In this document: piece after piece, positions 41,084 to 52,550 of the stretch
How positions within the stretch are numbered: position 1 is the stretch's first letter
Layout: each line of letters begins with the position of its first letter
DNA from: an uncultured Gemmatimonadales bacterium
Lineage (GTDB): Bacteria > Gemmatimonadota > Gemmatimonadetes > Gemmatimonadales > GWC2-71-9
Assembly: GCA_963704015.1 (NCBI GenBank)
Contig: CAVPGI010000012.1
Coordinates: 36,695 to 100,694, forward strand
Direction: 5' to 3'
Length of the DNA: 64,000 nt
The notes under the pieces: generated by a model
Database searches by the model: none
Told to the model about the DNA's origin: nothing
The model's input: only the letters and a program-made list of their open reading frames with translations
Program-made: the position numbers and the translations under genes

Positions 41084-42623
41084 GGACGCCCCAGACCTCG
41101 CGCAGAGTGTCGCTGATCTCTCCCAAGGTAGCCCGCGCCCGCACCGCCTCGATAATGAGGGGGAGCAGTGGCGTGGCGGCCTCGCCGGCAGCCGCCCCAA
41201 GTCGGGCGCGCGCGCTGGCAACGGCGGCTCCATCGCGTCCCCGTTTGACCGCCGCCAGCCGCTCGCGCTGGCGGTCCGCCAGAGCCGAGTAGTCCGGCGC
41301 CGGGAGAATGGGCGGGGCCGCGGCGTCGGTGAACCGGTTCACCCCAACCACGGTAAGCGCACCGCTCTCCTGCTCCTGCTGTAACCGGTAGGCGCTCCGG
41401 GCGATGGCTTCCTGGAAGAAGCCACGCTGGATCGCGGCGGCGGCGCCGCCCATCGCGTCCACTTCCTCGATCAGCGCCCGCGCACCGGTCTCGATGCGAT
41501 GGGTCAGCGCCTCCACGTAGTAGCTCCCCGCCAGGGGATCCACGGTCCGGGCCACGCCGCTCTCGTACCCCAGGATCTGCTGGGTCCGGAGGGCCAGCGT
41601 GGCGGACTCCGAGGTGGGCAGCGCCAGGGCCTCGTCATAGGCGTTGGTGTGCAGCGACTGGGTGCCGCCCAGCACGGCGGCCAGCGCCTGCACCGTCACC
41701 CGCACCACGTTGTTGAGCGGCTGCTGGGCCTGCAGGGTGACACCGCCGGTCTGGGTATGAAAGCGGAGCCGGGCGGTGGCGTCGTCCGCCTGGAAGCGCT
41801 CGCGGGCCAGCCGGGCCCAGAGCCGGCGCGCCGCCCGGAACTTGGCCGCCTCCTCGAACAGATCGTTGTGCGCGGCGAAGAAGAACGAGAGCCGGGGACC
41901 GAACCGGTCCAGGGGGATGCCGACTCGCAGGGCCCGCGAGACGTACTCGATCCCGTTGGCCAGGGTGAAGCCGACCTCCTGCTCCGGAGTCGCCCCCGCC
42001 TCCCGCATGTGGTACCCGCTGATCGAGATCGGATTGAAGCTCATCCCCTCGGCGGCCACGAACCGCAGGATGTCGGTCGCGAGGCGGAGGGACGGGTCGA
42101 GCGGGAAGATGTAGGTGCCGCGCGCCACGTACTCCTTGAGGACGTCGTTCTGCACGGTGCCCGAGAGCTTCTGCCGGGGGACGCCCTGCTCTTCGCCAAC
42201 CACGACATACATGGCGAGCAGAATGGCGGCGGTCGCGTTGATGGTCATCGAAGCCGACACCCGATCGAGCGGAATACCTCGGAACAGATCGGCCAGATCC
42301 TCGACGGTCGCGATGGCCACGCCCACCCGACCCACTTCCCCCTGGGCCAGCGGGTGGTCCGAGTCATACCCCATCTGGGTCGGGAGGTCGAACGCGGTGG
42401 AGAGCCCGCTCTGGCCGGCTTCCAGCAGATGCTGAAAGCGGCGGTTGGTCTCTTCGGCGGTGCCGAATCCGGCGTACTGGCGCATGGTCCAGAGCCGGTC
42501 GGTATACATCCCGGGGTAGATCCCGCGAGTAAACGGAAAGCGGCCGGGTTGGCCCAGGTCCCGCTCGGGATCCCCGTGCGTGTCCTCGGGTCCGTAGACC
42601 GGCTTCACCGGGGCGCCGTCCAT
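41073..42623 (-). CDS. methylmalonyl-CoA mutase-family catalytic (large, N-terminal domain) subunit; no B12-binding domain in this ORF
   Basis: [14 protein letters not shown]... (ATG 42623), then [35 protein letters not shown]...[13 protein letters not shown]...[21 protein letters not shown]...[13 protein letters not shown]. About 517 aa. The upstream part of ORF 41073..43199 belongs to fbp. Confidence 0.9.
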   Translation of the reverse strand: MDGAPVKPVYGPEDTHGDPERDLGQPGRFPFTRGIYPGMYTDRLWTMRQYAGFGTAEETNRRFQHLLEAGQSGLSTAFDLPTQMGYDSDHPLAQGEVGRVGVAIATVEDLADLFRGIPLDRVSASMTINATAAILLAMYVVVGEEQGVPRQKLSGTVQNDVLKEYVARGTYIFPLDPSLRLATDILRFVAAEGMSFNPISISGYHMREAGATPEQEVGFTLANGIEYVSRALRVGIPLDRFGPRLSFFFAAHNDLFEEAAKFRAARRLWARLARERFQADDATARLRFHTQTGGVTLQAQQPLNNVVRVTVQALAAVLGGTQSLHTNAYDEALALPTSESATLALRTQQILGYESGVARTVDPLAGSYYVEALTHRIETGARALIEEVDAMGGAAAAIQRGFFQEAIARSAYRLQQEQESGALTVVGVNRFTDAAAPPILPAPDYSALADRQRERLAAVKRGRDGAAVASARARLGAAAGEAATPLLPLIIEAVRARATLGEISDTLREVWGVHGR

Positions 42624-42646
42624 GGGGTGGCGAGCCAAGCGGGCGA

Positions 42647-43689
<1,043 letters not shown>

Positions 43690-43698
43690 GGTGCGCTC

Positions 43699-45938
43699 CT
43701 AGTGCGTGGAGTAGGATTCGCTGCCGCGCCGGCCCCGGACCGTCATGGTCCGACCGTCGCTGGTCACGAGCACATCGCCTTCGCGGTCGGTGCGCCACAC
43801 CGAGACCCCGTGGGCCGCGAGCCGGCCCAGCGTCTCGGGCGCCGGATGGCCATACCGGTTGGAAGCGCCGACGCTGATCACCGCGGCGCGGGGATGCAGC
43901 TCGTTGAGCCAGGCGTCCCCGGTCGCGGTGCGGGATCCATGGTGGCCCACCTTGAGCAGATCCACGCCGCCGACATGGCCCGCCAGCAGCGATTCGGCAT
44001 GCCAGCCCGCGTCACCGGGGAACAGGGCCTCGAAGTCCCGGTAGCGGACCAGGAGCACGATCGAGTCCTCATTCAGGTCGTCGCCCCACTCCAGCCAGGC
44101 GGGGTCGGGATGCAACAGGGTGAAGGTCACGCTGTCCAACTCGAAGCGATCTCCGGGGCGGCCCGCCTTCCAGGGCGCCGAAACCGCCGCCACCTCATCG
44201 AGAAAGGACAGATAGAGCGGATCCGAAACCAGCTCGCCGGGCTCCAGCAGCAGATCGACGGGAAACCCATGCAGCACCGCCGGGACTCCGCCCAGATGGT
44301 CGGCATGCGCGTGGGAAACCACCACCGCGGAGAGTCGTCTCACACCTTCACGGCGGAGAAACGGGACCACGATCCGGCGTCCCGCGTCGTCATGATCCCC
44401 ACGGGGGCCGGCATCGATCACCACCCAATGCCCGCCGGGGTCCGCAGCACGGCCCCGTCCCCCTGACCGACCGACAACAAATGTAACGTCAGGACGGAGC
44501 CGGCGTCAGCCAACAACGGCGCCCACCAGAGCGCCGTAACCGTCCAGATCATCGCCGCGGCCCCGAGCGACCAGCGCAGGAGCGCCACCGACACGGTGGT
44601 GCGTCGAAGGCCCCAGAGCGCGATCGCCAGCACCGCCAGCCAAGGCACTGCCGAGCCCGGCTCAGCGGGCACCAACAGATGGCCTCCCGGGACCGCCGCT
44701 CCGAGCCGAGCCAATCCGTCCAGCCCCGCCAACGCCATCCCGGCGCCGGCGGCGAGCGTCGCGGCCGCCTGATGGCCGACCGGCACCAGGAGCAGGCTCG
44801 CCAGCACCCCGGGCACCGCCCAGGCCGCCAGCGGAATCGCCACGAAGTTGAGGGCGATCCCGATCAGCGAGACGGCTCCCAGGACCGCCGCGGTGAGTGG
44901 TGCGGTGGCCAGGGTGGCGCCGACCGAAGCGGCCAACGTCCGCCAGCCGAATCCGGTGCCCAGTCGGCGGTCGCTCCAGCGCGCGAAGGTGGTGGCCCCC
45001 CAGAGGGCCGCGGCGGAGAGCCAGGCGCCCAGGTCGAGGAGCGCCCAAGGGTCCACCAGGAGTACCAGCAGGCAGGTGACCGCGAGCAGCGCGTCGGGCT
45101 CGACTCGGCGCTGCCGCGCCTGGGACGCCGCCGCCAGGATGGTGAGGGCGGCGGCCCGAGTCGCCGGTGGAGGCCAGCCCAGGAAGGCCACGTACCCCAC
45201 GCTGACCGCGGCCGCGAGCAGCAGGGCGCGCTCCCTCGAGAGCAGCGCCCGCGCAATCAGGAAGACCCAGCCCGCCAGCAGGCCGACGTGGAATCCGGAG
45301 ATGGAGAGCAGGTGGACCAGCCCCGATTGGGCATACTGCTCCCGCAGAACGGGGTCCATCGTGGTGCGGCGATTGAGGACCAGGGCTTCGACGATGGGCG
45401 TACGGGCGCCGTAGAGCTCCCGGATGTGACGCGCGAGCCAGGTGCGGAGCTGGGCGCCGATGCCCCCGCCCGAGCTGACGGTTCGCACCGAATCCACCAC
45501 CAGGATCCCGTCGGCCCGGCCGATGCTCGTGGGGCGCGGGATCCATTGAGCCGCCACCGTCACCGTGCTTCCCGCCGGGAGCGGGGGCCCTGCCGGCCAC
45601 CGGGCGTCCACCGTGCCGGTGCAACCGATGTGCTGGGGACGGAGCACGGTGCCGCCACCCTCCGAGTCGATAGGCTCCTCGAGGACGGCGACCAACTCGA
45701 CCCGAACGGCCGGGAGGGTGGCGGCGCATCCGGTGCGGTCACGTTCCCAGGCCAGGTCCCCGCTCAGACGACCGATCAGCGCCGCACCGCCCAGCAGCCC
45801 GGGAAGGCCCCGGCGACCCCAGAGGGCGAGCCCCAGCAGGACCAATGTGACGCCGGCCGGATCCCCAAAATGCAGAAGGCCGGTCGCGAGACCGGCCCCA
45901 TAGGCGAGGACGAACAGGAGGACGGGTCGCGGTCTCAC
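43699..45938 (-). pseudogene. comEC: DNA internalization-related competence protein ComEC/Rec2, one frame break at about 44436-44439
   Basis: 44418..45938 holds the polytopic competence domain, ending ...LSVGQGDGAVLRT. 43699..44424 holds the metallo-beta-lactamase domain (VVSHAHADHLGG...KVGHHGS). Restoring one C in the C4 run (plus-strand G4 at 44436-44439) gives ...VLRTPGGHWVVIDAGP. Confidence 0.85.
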
Positions 45939-45951
45939 CGCGACCGCGAGG

Positions 45952-46236
45952 TTATCGGGCTCCGCTCCCTCGCGCCTTGCAGCGTGGCGAGGCGGTGACC
46001 TTGCGAATGGCGTCCATCACGGTCACGTCGATCAGCACGCGGGTCTGATCCTTGTCGAGATTGAGCTCGCTCACCACCGTCCCCTCGCGCCCCACCACAT
46101 AGCGGGCGGGGAGGCGATTGAGGGCGTAGACCAACACGTCCATACGGCAGGTCTCGCAGCCGCAGAAATCGGGAAAGCGCGGCCGCAGCTGCTCGTACGC
46201 CTGAGTGACGTGCTCCTCGACCAGGTTGCGGATCAT
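45952..46236 (-). CDS. comFB: ComFB-family (late competence development) protein
   Basis: Intact 94-aa ORF: MIRNLVEEHVTQAYEQLRPRFPDFCGCETCRMDVLVYALNRLPARYV, matching the ComFB Cys-motif pattern as I recall it. Confidence 0.7.
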   Translation of the reverse strand: MIRNLVEEHVTQAYEQLRPRFPDFCGCETCRMDVLVYALNRLPARYVVGREGTVVSELNLDKDQTRVLIDVTVMDAIRKVTASPRCKARGSGAR

Positions 46237-47543
46237 AGCACCGCCAGTTGAGGGCGCAGAACCGTGCCGGTGAAGGTCGACCCAGTGGTTCCGGTGAGCC
46301 GTACGTCATGATACTCACCGATGGAGCCGCTGGGGAGGTCGAGGAGCACCATGAGGTTGGTCCGGGTCCGGCCCAGGACCAGGCCGCCCCGCTTGGCCGG
46401 CCGCTCCACCAACACCTCCAGCGTGCTTCCCACCCGCGCCAGGTTCTTCCGCCGGGCCTGCTCCCGCACCACCTCGATGAGTCGCGCCAATCGCGCGGAA
46501 GCTGCCTCGTCCGGAACCGCATCCGGAAGCCGGGTGGCCGGCGTGCCCTCCCGGGGCGAGTACTTAAAGGTGTATGCGTCGTCGAATTGGGCTTCCCGCA
46601 CCAGACTGACGGTCTCCTCGAACTGGGTCTCGGTCTCGCCGGGAAAGGCCACGATGAGATCCGTGGAGAGCGTGACACCCGGAATAGCCGCCCGGAGCCG
46701 ATCCACCACCTCGAGGTAGGCTTCCCGGGTATAGCGCCGGAGCATCCGGCGGAGCACCGCATCGGATCCGCTCTGGGCCGGCAGATGGACGTGCTCGCAG
46801 ACCGCGGGGGTTTCGGCCATGGCCGCGATGACCCGGTCGGTGAAGTCGGTCGGGTACGGACTGGTGAACCGGATCCGCCGGATACCATCCACCCGTCCCA
46901 CCGCGCGCAACAGGTCGGCAAAGTCGTGGGTACCGTCGTGGTAGCTGTTGACGGTCTGGCCGAGCAACGTTACCTCGCTGGTTCCCTGCTCAGCCAGCGC
47001 GGCGACTTCCCGGATGACATCCGACAAACTACGGCTGCGCTCGGGCCCCCGGGTATACGGAACGATGCAGAAGGTGCACTTGTAATCGCAGCCGCGCTGT
47101 ACCGTGACGAAGCTGCTGGCAGTCATTTCCCGGACGGCGGGGACATCCTCGTAGTGCTCCCACGACCGGAATTCGGTATCGGCCAGCCGCTCTCCAGCCG
47201 CAGCGGCCGCTAACAGGGCGGGGAGATTGCGATAGGCATCGGGGCCCACCACCAGATCGACGCGCGGCACCTGCTCCAGCAGTCGCGGACCCAGACGCTG
47301 AGCCATACACCCCACCACGCCCAGCACCCCGCCGGGCCGCTTGTAGCGCTGCAGCTCGCCCAGGCGGCCGATCACCCGCTGCTCCGCGTGCTCGCGCACG
47401 GCGCAGGTATTCACCAGGAGCACGTCAGCCTCCTCCGGGCGCTCCGTCGCGACGTAACCCTCGCGACCGAGGACGCCGTGGATGAGCTCGGTATCGGCCA
47501 CGTTCATCTGGCAGCCGAGAGTCTCGATGAAGAGGCGCTTCAT
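46233..47543 (-). CDS. miaB: tRNA-2-methylthio-N6-dimethylallyladenosine synthase
   Basis: Intact 436-aa ORF. It has the UPF0004 domain (LFIETLGCQMNVADTE), a radical-SAM motif (GCDYKCTFCIVP) and a TRAM domain at the C-terminus. Confidence 0.95.
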   Translation of the reverse strand: MKRLFIETLGCQMNVADTELIHGVLGREGYVATERPEEADVLLVNTCAVREHAEQRVIGRLGELQRYKRPGGVLGVVGCMAQRLGPRLLEQVPRVDLVVGPDAYRNLPALLAAAAAGERLADTEFRSWEHYEDVPAVREMTASSFVTVQRGCDYKCTFCIVPYTRGPERSRSLSDVIREVAALAEQGTSEVTLLGQTVNSYHDGTHDFADLLRAVGRVDGIRRIRFTSPYPTDFTDRVIAAMAETPAVCEHVHLPAQSGSDAVLRRMLRRYTREAYLEVVDRLRAAIPGVTLSTDLIVAFPGETETQFEETVSLVREAQFDDAYTFKYSPREGTPATRLPDAVPDEAASARLARLIEVVREQARRKNLARVGSTLEVLVERPAKRGGLVLGRTRTNLMVLLDLPSGSIGEYHDVRLTGTTGSTFTGTVLRPQLAVL

Positions 47544-47591
47544 GGGTGGGGAAAGATAGAACGAACGGCGAGCCTCGGGCAGGCCGCCCGG

Positions 47592-48734
47592 CTAGGGCCG
47601 CACGGTGATCTGGGTGGTCAGCATGAGCGCCCTCTCCTTGTTCCCGGCGTCGTCCCACCGCCACGCGTATTCCAGCGAGAAATCGAGTCCGGCTCGGCCC
47701 CGCCCCAGGCGGGTGCCGAAGCCTCCGGCAACCCCGGCTTCTCGCGGCTGAAAGCCCTTCTCGAAATAGAAGGGAAGCGTGCCGTAGTGGCCGCCGACCC
47801 GAAGGAAGTGACCGCCCGGCCCTCGAGGACGGCTGGCATACTCCCATCCCAGCGAAGCCTGATAGCTATTCGCGGCGCCCAGGCCGCCCGCCTGGAGGAA
47901 GTCGCTGTTGGCCGAGGACCAGGTTTGATAGATCCCCTGTCCGGCGATCAGGAGCTTGGGGTTGACCCGCCAGGCCAGGCTGCCACCGAAGGTGTACGGC
48001 AGGTCGACCGTGAACGCGGAGCTAGTGTCCTGATCGATGCTGGCCTGGCCGTCCCACCGGGCCAGCAGCGCGATGGAGATCGGACCCGCGAGCCGCCGGA
48101 CCAGACCCACGGCGGCTCCCACGCCGAAGGCCGAGAGCTCGGTCTGCTGGGCCACGGGCAGGTAGGTGGTGTCGGCGAAGTGCCGGCGCAGGCTGATGCG
48201 GTTGGAGCCGGTTATGAAATGAAAGGCGGCGCCAAGGTTCCAGCCATGGCCGCCACGCCAGGCACCGGTCACTCCGATGTCGGCCAGGCCTCCGGTCGAC
48301 CTGATGGTGTCCGCCACCGGGATGGTGGAGCCGCGAAGCACCACGCTGTCGGCGGAGGCCAGGGCGAAGTCGTGGTCGGCGTAGCTGGAGTAGCTGAAGC
48401 GGAAGTAGAACGGAGTGCGGGGAAGCGGCCCTCCGATCGTCATCAGAGGAAACCGGGTATCACGAAGGTTCCCTTCGCCCGCGGATGTCGTGGTCCAGCG
48501 CCATTCCGGAGTCGCGTTGAAGGTCGCGGTGATCGCCGGCAGCCCGGCCAGGCTCGCGGGATTGAGCGCCGACTCGGGATCGATGAGGCCGAAGCTTCCG
48601 CCGGTGGCCCGGGCCCGGGCGCTATAGGCGTAGCCGGGGAGCCCCAAGCCGCGGACACCGAAGAGCGACGACTGCGCCACTGCTGAAGACGCGGTGAGCA
48701 ACAGCAGCCCCGCCCCACAGAGCAGTGCCCGCAC
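47592..48734 (-). CDS. hypothetical outer-membrane beta-barrel protein (FadL/PorV-like N-terminal NPAxLA motif)
   Basis: Intact 380-aa ORF with signal peptide MRALLCGAGLLLLTASSAVAQS. It carries ...IDPESALNPASLAGL, like the NPAGLA motif of FadL-type barrels. The alternating beta pattern continues to the end. It directly abuts the upstream lipoprotein gene. Confidence 0.55.
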   Translation of the reverse strand: MRALLCGAGLLLLTASSAVAQSSLFGVRGLGLPGYAYSARARATGGSFGLIDPESALNPASLAGLPAITATFNATPEWRWTTTSAGEGNLRDTRFPLMTIGGPLPRTPFYFRFSYSSYADHDFALASADSVVLRGSTIPVADTIRSTGGLADIGVTGAWRGGHGWNLGAAFHFITGSNRISLRRHFADTTYLPVAQQTELSAFGVGAAVGLVRRLAGPISIALLARWDGQASIDQDTSSAFTVDLPYTFGGSLAWRVNPKLLIAGQGIYQTWSSANSDFLQAGGLGAANSYQASLGWEYASRPRGPGGHFLRVGGHYGTLPFYFEKGFQPREAGVAGGFGTRLGRGRAGLDFSLEYAWRWDDAGNKERALMLTTQITVRP

Positions 48735-49979
48735 CTAGGGCCTCTCGAAGTCGAACGTCTTGGCGTAGGTAAGGCGCAAGTGGGGTTTGCCGGTGGCGGA
48801 TCGGGTCGAGTAGAAGATGGGCAGATTGAAGGTGGCGGCTTCCGGCGTCATCCGGACGAAGACGGCCAGTGGCGCGATCGGCGTCCGTTGCCAGGTGGCC
48901 ACCAGATTGGGAATCTCGAAGCGGACCGTGTCGTTGAACGAGGCCGGAAGAGGAAAGACAGCGGCCGAGAGGGACTGCGACGGCGACTTGGCCCCCGCGT
49001 CGGTCAGGATCTGCATCAGCTGCAGCGTGGCCGGGTCTCCCAGCAGGCCGTAGATCGGCCCCACCGGAACCAGCTCCAAAGTGGCCCTGAGGATGTGGGC
49101 CGAATCCCGGATCGCCTGCGGCAGCTGGAACCTTAGGAGGGCCCGAGAGCTGGGCAGGCTCCCCACCAGCAGTTGATCGGGCGCCGGGCTAGGCGGGTTG
49201 GCCATCACGGTCACGGAGATCTCGGACGTGAACTGCATCAGTCGCTTGGCCCGAACCGAGTCCGGCCAGTTGGCATGTACGAACGAATTCCAGGTGGGCG
49301 CGTCGCTGAGCGCCGTCCGCGACCCGATGCGGACGCCGGTCTCTCGGGTGCCCGCCGCCACCCGCAGCCCGAGGGATAGGCGGCCGCTGTCGGCCGGCGC
49401 CGGCTCGACTTTCGCCAGCGTGCTACCCTTGAACGAGGCGGTGAACTGCTGGCTGTTCGAGCTGTCCGGGATGAGGATGCTGTCGATCAGATTGGCCGGG
49501 ATCAGCTCCGAATTGACCTCGTTGAAGGTGGCGGTGGAATCGAGCGTCACCGGCATCCGATAGAGGTACAGGCGAAGCCCGCCCACCGTAGAATCCCTAG
49601 CCTGCAGGGACAGCTTGAGCTGGACCGAGTCCACCCGATAGGTCCGGAAGGTGTCGACCCCGATCGGAACCGTGTCGGGCCGCTGCGGGAATCGGATCAA
49701 GGCGCGGTAATCCGCCCAAGGCAGGTTGTTGGAGATCAGGATGCCGATCCCATCTCCATTTCCCACGTAGCCGGAGAAGCTGGTGTCGCCGCCCGGCACC
49801 AGGTCGAGAATGGTATCGACGATGACGATACCGCTGCCTGGGCAACTGGGGGGACACTTCACCGGGGTGGTAAGCTCCTCGGTGCAGGCCGCTGCCAACG
49901 CCATGCCGAACGTCAGCCGGGCGACGGCCACCATCCGCCATCTCGAATTGGAGGCCTTCCTAGCCGACATAGCCATCAA
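48735..49979 (-). CDS. hypothetical lipoprotein with two RALLRF-type modules
   Basis: Intact 414-aa ORF with lipobox GMALAAAC. It has two similar segments: ...YRALIRFPQRPDTVP...VDSVQLKLSL and ...SRALLRFQLPQAIRDSAHILRATLELVPV. This pattern is seen in DNRLRE/DUF4270-like beta-sandwich domains (assignment tentative). Confidence 0.5.
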   Translation of the reverse strand: MMAMSARKASNSRWRMVAVARLTFGMALAAACTEELTTPVKCPPSCPGSGIVIVDTILDLVPGGDTSFSGYVGNGDGIGILISNNLPWADYRALIRFPQRPDTVPIGVDTFRTYRVDSVQLKLSLQARDSTVGGLRLYLYRMPVTLDSTATFNEVNSELIPANLIDSILIPDSSNSQQFTASFKGSTLAKVEPAPADSGRLSLGLRVAAGTRETGVRIGSRTALSDAPTWNSFVHANWPDSVRAKRLMQFTSEISVTVMANPPSPAPDQLLVGSLPSSRALLRFQLPQAIRDSAHILRATLELVPVGPIYGLLGDPATLQLMQILTDAGAKSPSQSLSAAVFPLPASFNDTVRFEIPNLVATWQRTPIAPLAVFVRMTPEAATFNLPIFYSTRSATGKPHLRLTYAKTFDFERP

Positions 49980-51155
49980 TCATTCAGAAATCTCGGTAAG
50001 CAGCGAATGGCCCGACCCCAGGGGCGGCACCCCTAGGAATTCCGCGACGGTCTGCCCGATGTCGGCGAAGGTGGTCCGAACGCCCAACGGTACCGGCCGC
50101 ACCTGGGGGCCGCAGGGCCAGCACCGGGACCACCTCGCGGGAATGATCGGTGGACGGCGTGGTCGGGTCGTTCCCGTGATCGGCGGTAAAGATAATGAGG
50201 TCATCGTCCCGCAGCCGGCGCGAGCCAGCCCGGGAGCGACCCGATCGAGCTCCAGCAAGCCCGCGATGGAAACCCGGGACATCGTTGCGGTGCCCCCAGG
50301 TCTGATCGAATTCGATCACGTTGGCGAACAGGAACCCGCGCCTCAGCGACTGCGAGGGCCGCGTCGATCAGCCGGTACGCCTCCGGATTCGTGGGCGTGT
50401 GCGTGCTGGTGATGTTCCGCCCCGCGAACAGGTCATCCACCTTGCCGACCCCGACCACGCGGGACGTCGCCGTCGGCCAGGCGATCGAGCAGCGTCGGGC
50501 CCGGGCGGCGGGAGGCTCAGGTCCCTTCGATGCCCGGTCCGCTTCCAGGGCCCGGGGCCGCCCACGAACGGCCGCGCGATCACCCGGGCGACGGCGTGCG
50601 GGCCCGTGCAACAGCGCGCGCGCCATCGTGCAGGCCGCGTACAGCTCCGCAAGCGGGACCATCTCCTCGTGCGCCGCGACCTGGAAGACGCTGTCGGCCG
50701 AGGTGTACACGATCCAGTCTCCGGTCGCGACGTGCTCGGCCCCAGCTCGTCGAGAATCGCGGTGCCCGACGCGGCCCGGTTGCCGAGCACGCCGCGCCCG
50801 GTCCGGCGGCTGAACTCCGCGATGACCTCGGCCGGGAATCCGTCGGGATAGATCGGGAACGGCTGGGCCAGGATCAGCGCCGCAGAGCTCCCAGTGGCCA
50901 GTGGTGCTGTCCTTGCCGGCGCTGGCGGGTCGGCAGACGCCCATGCGCCGCCCGGGGGTGCGGCACCGCCGGCACGCCCGTCGATCGGCGCGCAGTGGCC
51001 CAGGCCCAGCTCAGAGGTGGGGAAGCGACGAGCCCCCCGACCGCGCGGGCCACGTTGCCCAGGGTGTCGCTCCCGGCGTCACCATATTGGTCGCTGTCGG
51101 GCGCGGGGCCGATGCCCAGCCCGTCCAGGACGATGATGGCGGCGCGACGCGGCAC
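49980..51155 (-). pseudogene. deoB: phosphopentomutase, frame-disrupted (many shifts)
   Basis: [34 protein letters not shown] is in 50874..51305 (GTG 51155). [14 protein letters not shown] is in 50201..50944. [13 protein letters not shown] is in 49984..50319. [16 protein letters not shown] is in 49980..50282. Confidence 0.85.
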
Positions 51156-51183
51156 AATGAGATCGGGATCGGAGGGAACGACG

Positions 51184-51423
51184 TTACTTGGCTTCGGTCT
51201 GCACGTAGCGGAGACGGAGCGCGGTGAGCGCGTCGGTGAGCAGCTTCTGCTCGTCGGGATCGAGACGTCCCGCCGTCTTCTGTTCCAACATGCCCAGGGT
51301 GTCAATCAGCAGGCGCGCGGCCTGGCGAGCCTCCTGGCCGGCGCCGGGAGGTAGCTTGCCCTCGATGGCCTGCTCCGCCTGATGCGCCAGGCCCAGTACC
51401 AGCGACATGAAATGGGTATTCAT
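51184..51423 (-). CDS. DUF1844-like small protein
   Basis: Intact 79-aa ORF: [18 protein letters not shown]...[40 protein letters not shown]. The family call is from memory. Confidence 0.55.
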   Translation of the reverse strand: MNTHFMSLVLGLAHQAEQAIEGKLPPGAGQEARQAARLLIDTLGMLEQKTAGRLDPDEQKLLTDALTALRLRYVQTEAK

Positions 51424-52508
51424 GGCGCCGAGCCATAGCGGCGCACGACGCGCGGCCCGATCGACGTCAGCAGCTCGTAGGACATCGTCCCCGCCAGTCG
51501 GGCCTGCTCGTCGAGCGAAACCAGTCCGCCGAAGAAGGTCGCCACGTCGCCTTGGGCAATGGTCTCATCCACCGCCACCATGGTCATGTCCATCGTCACC
51601 CGCCCTACCAGCGGCGCCAGCCGGCCCCGAATTTCGAACTGGCCTCGGTTCGCCCAGCGAGCGCGGCACGCCGTCGGCGTAGCCCAGCGCGAGCGTCGCG
51701 ATCCGGGTGGCGCGCGTCGCGGTCCACGTCGCTCCATAGCTCACCGTATCCCCCGGCCTGGACCGTCCTCGAGCGCCATCACCCGCGCCCTGCACGCTCG
51801 CGACCACCTGAGGCACCGTCGCCGCCCGCCGCCCGCCATAGAGGAAGATGCCCGGCCGCACCAGATCGCTCGAGTAGGCCCGGTCCACTGAGGGCCGCGG
51901 AACCGCTATTGGCCGCATGAATCAGCGCCGGCCGCCGGGGCAGCCCCGACACCACCTGTTCGAAGCGACGCCACTGCTCCGCGGTCGCCGCGCGATCATC
52001 GGCCGAGTGAAAGTGGGTAAAGATCCCCTCCCAACCTTTGGCCGAGGTGAGAGCGGCGTTGGCCGCGGCGAGCGCCTCAGTTTCCTGCCAGCGAAGGCCC
52101 GACCGCGACATGCCGGTGTCGATCTCGACATGAAACGGAAGCTCGGCCGCGGAGATCCACTCGCCGCAGCGCTGGAAGATCGCCGATCACGGGCCGGAGC
52201 GCTGAAGAAAGGAATGCCGAGGCTTTGCCGCCGGATTGCAGCGGAGTGAAAACCAGAATCGGCCTGGTGATGCCCGCGCTGGCGCGAGTTCCTCCCCTTC
52301 CTCGACCGTGGCCACACCGAATCCCCACGGGTCCACCGTGCTCGAGCGCCCGAGCCACTGGCACGGCGCCCGAGGCCGTAGGCGTTGGCCTTGACCATGG
52401 GGAGCAAGCGGCTCCCGCGATCCGGGCCGCGACCGTTCGTCGCGTTGGCGATCAGGGCCGCGAGGTCCACGTCGACCCAAGCCCGCGCCGTCCGTCCGCA
52501 ATTGACAT
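51420..52508 (-). pseudogene. alr: alanine racemase, frame-disrupted (many shifts)
   Basis: LLPMVKANAYGLG (PLP lysine) is in 51922..52470. GFGVATVEEGEEL is in 52187..52501. GIFTHFHSAD is in 51779..52111. LVRPGIFLYGG...TLALGYADGVPRSLG is in 51565..51918. GRVTMDMTMV...SYELLTSIGPRVVRRY is in 51420..51737. Confidence 0.85.
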
Positions 52509-52550
52509 CGTTCGAAAGCCGGCGGGTATGATAGGAACCACGGAGGATAA

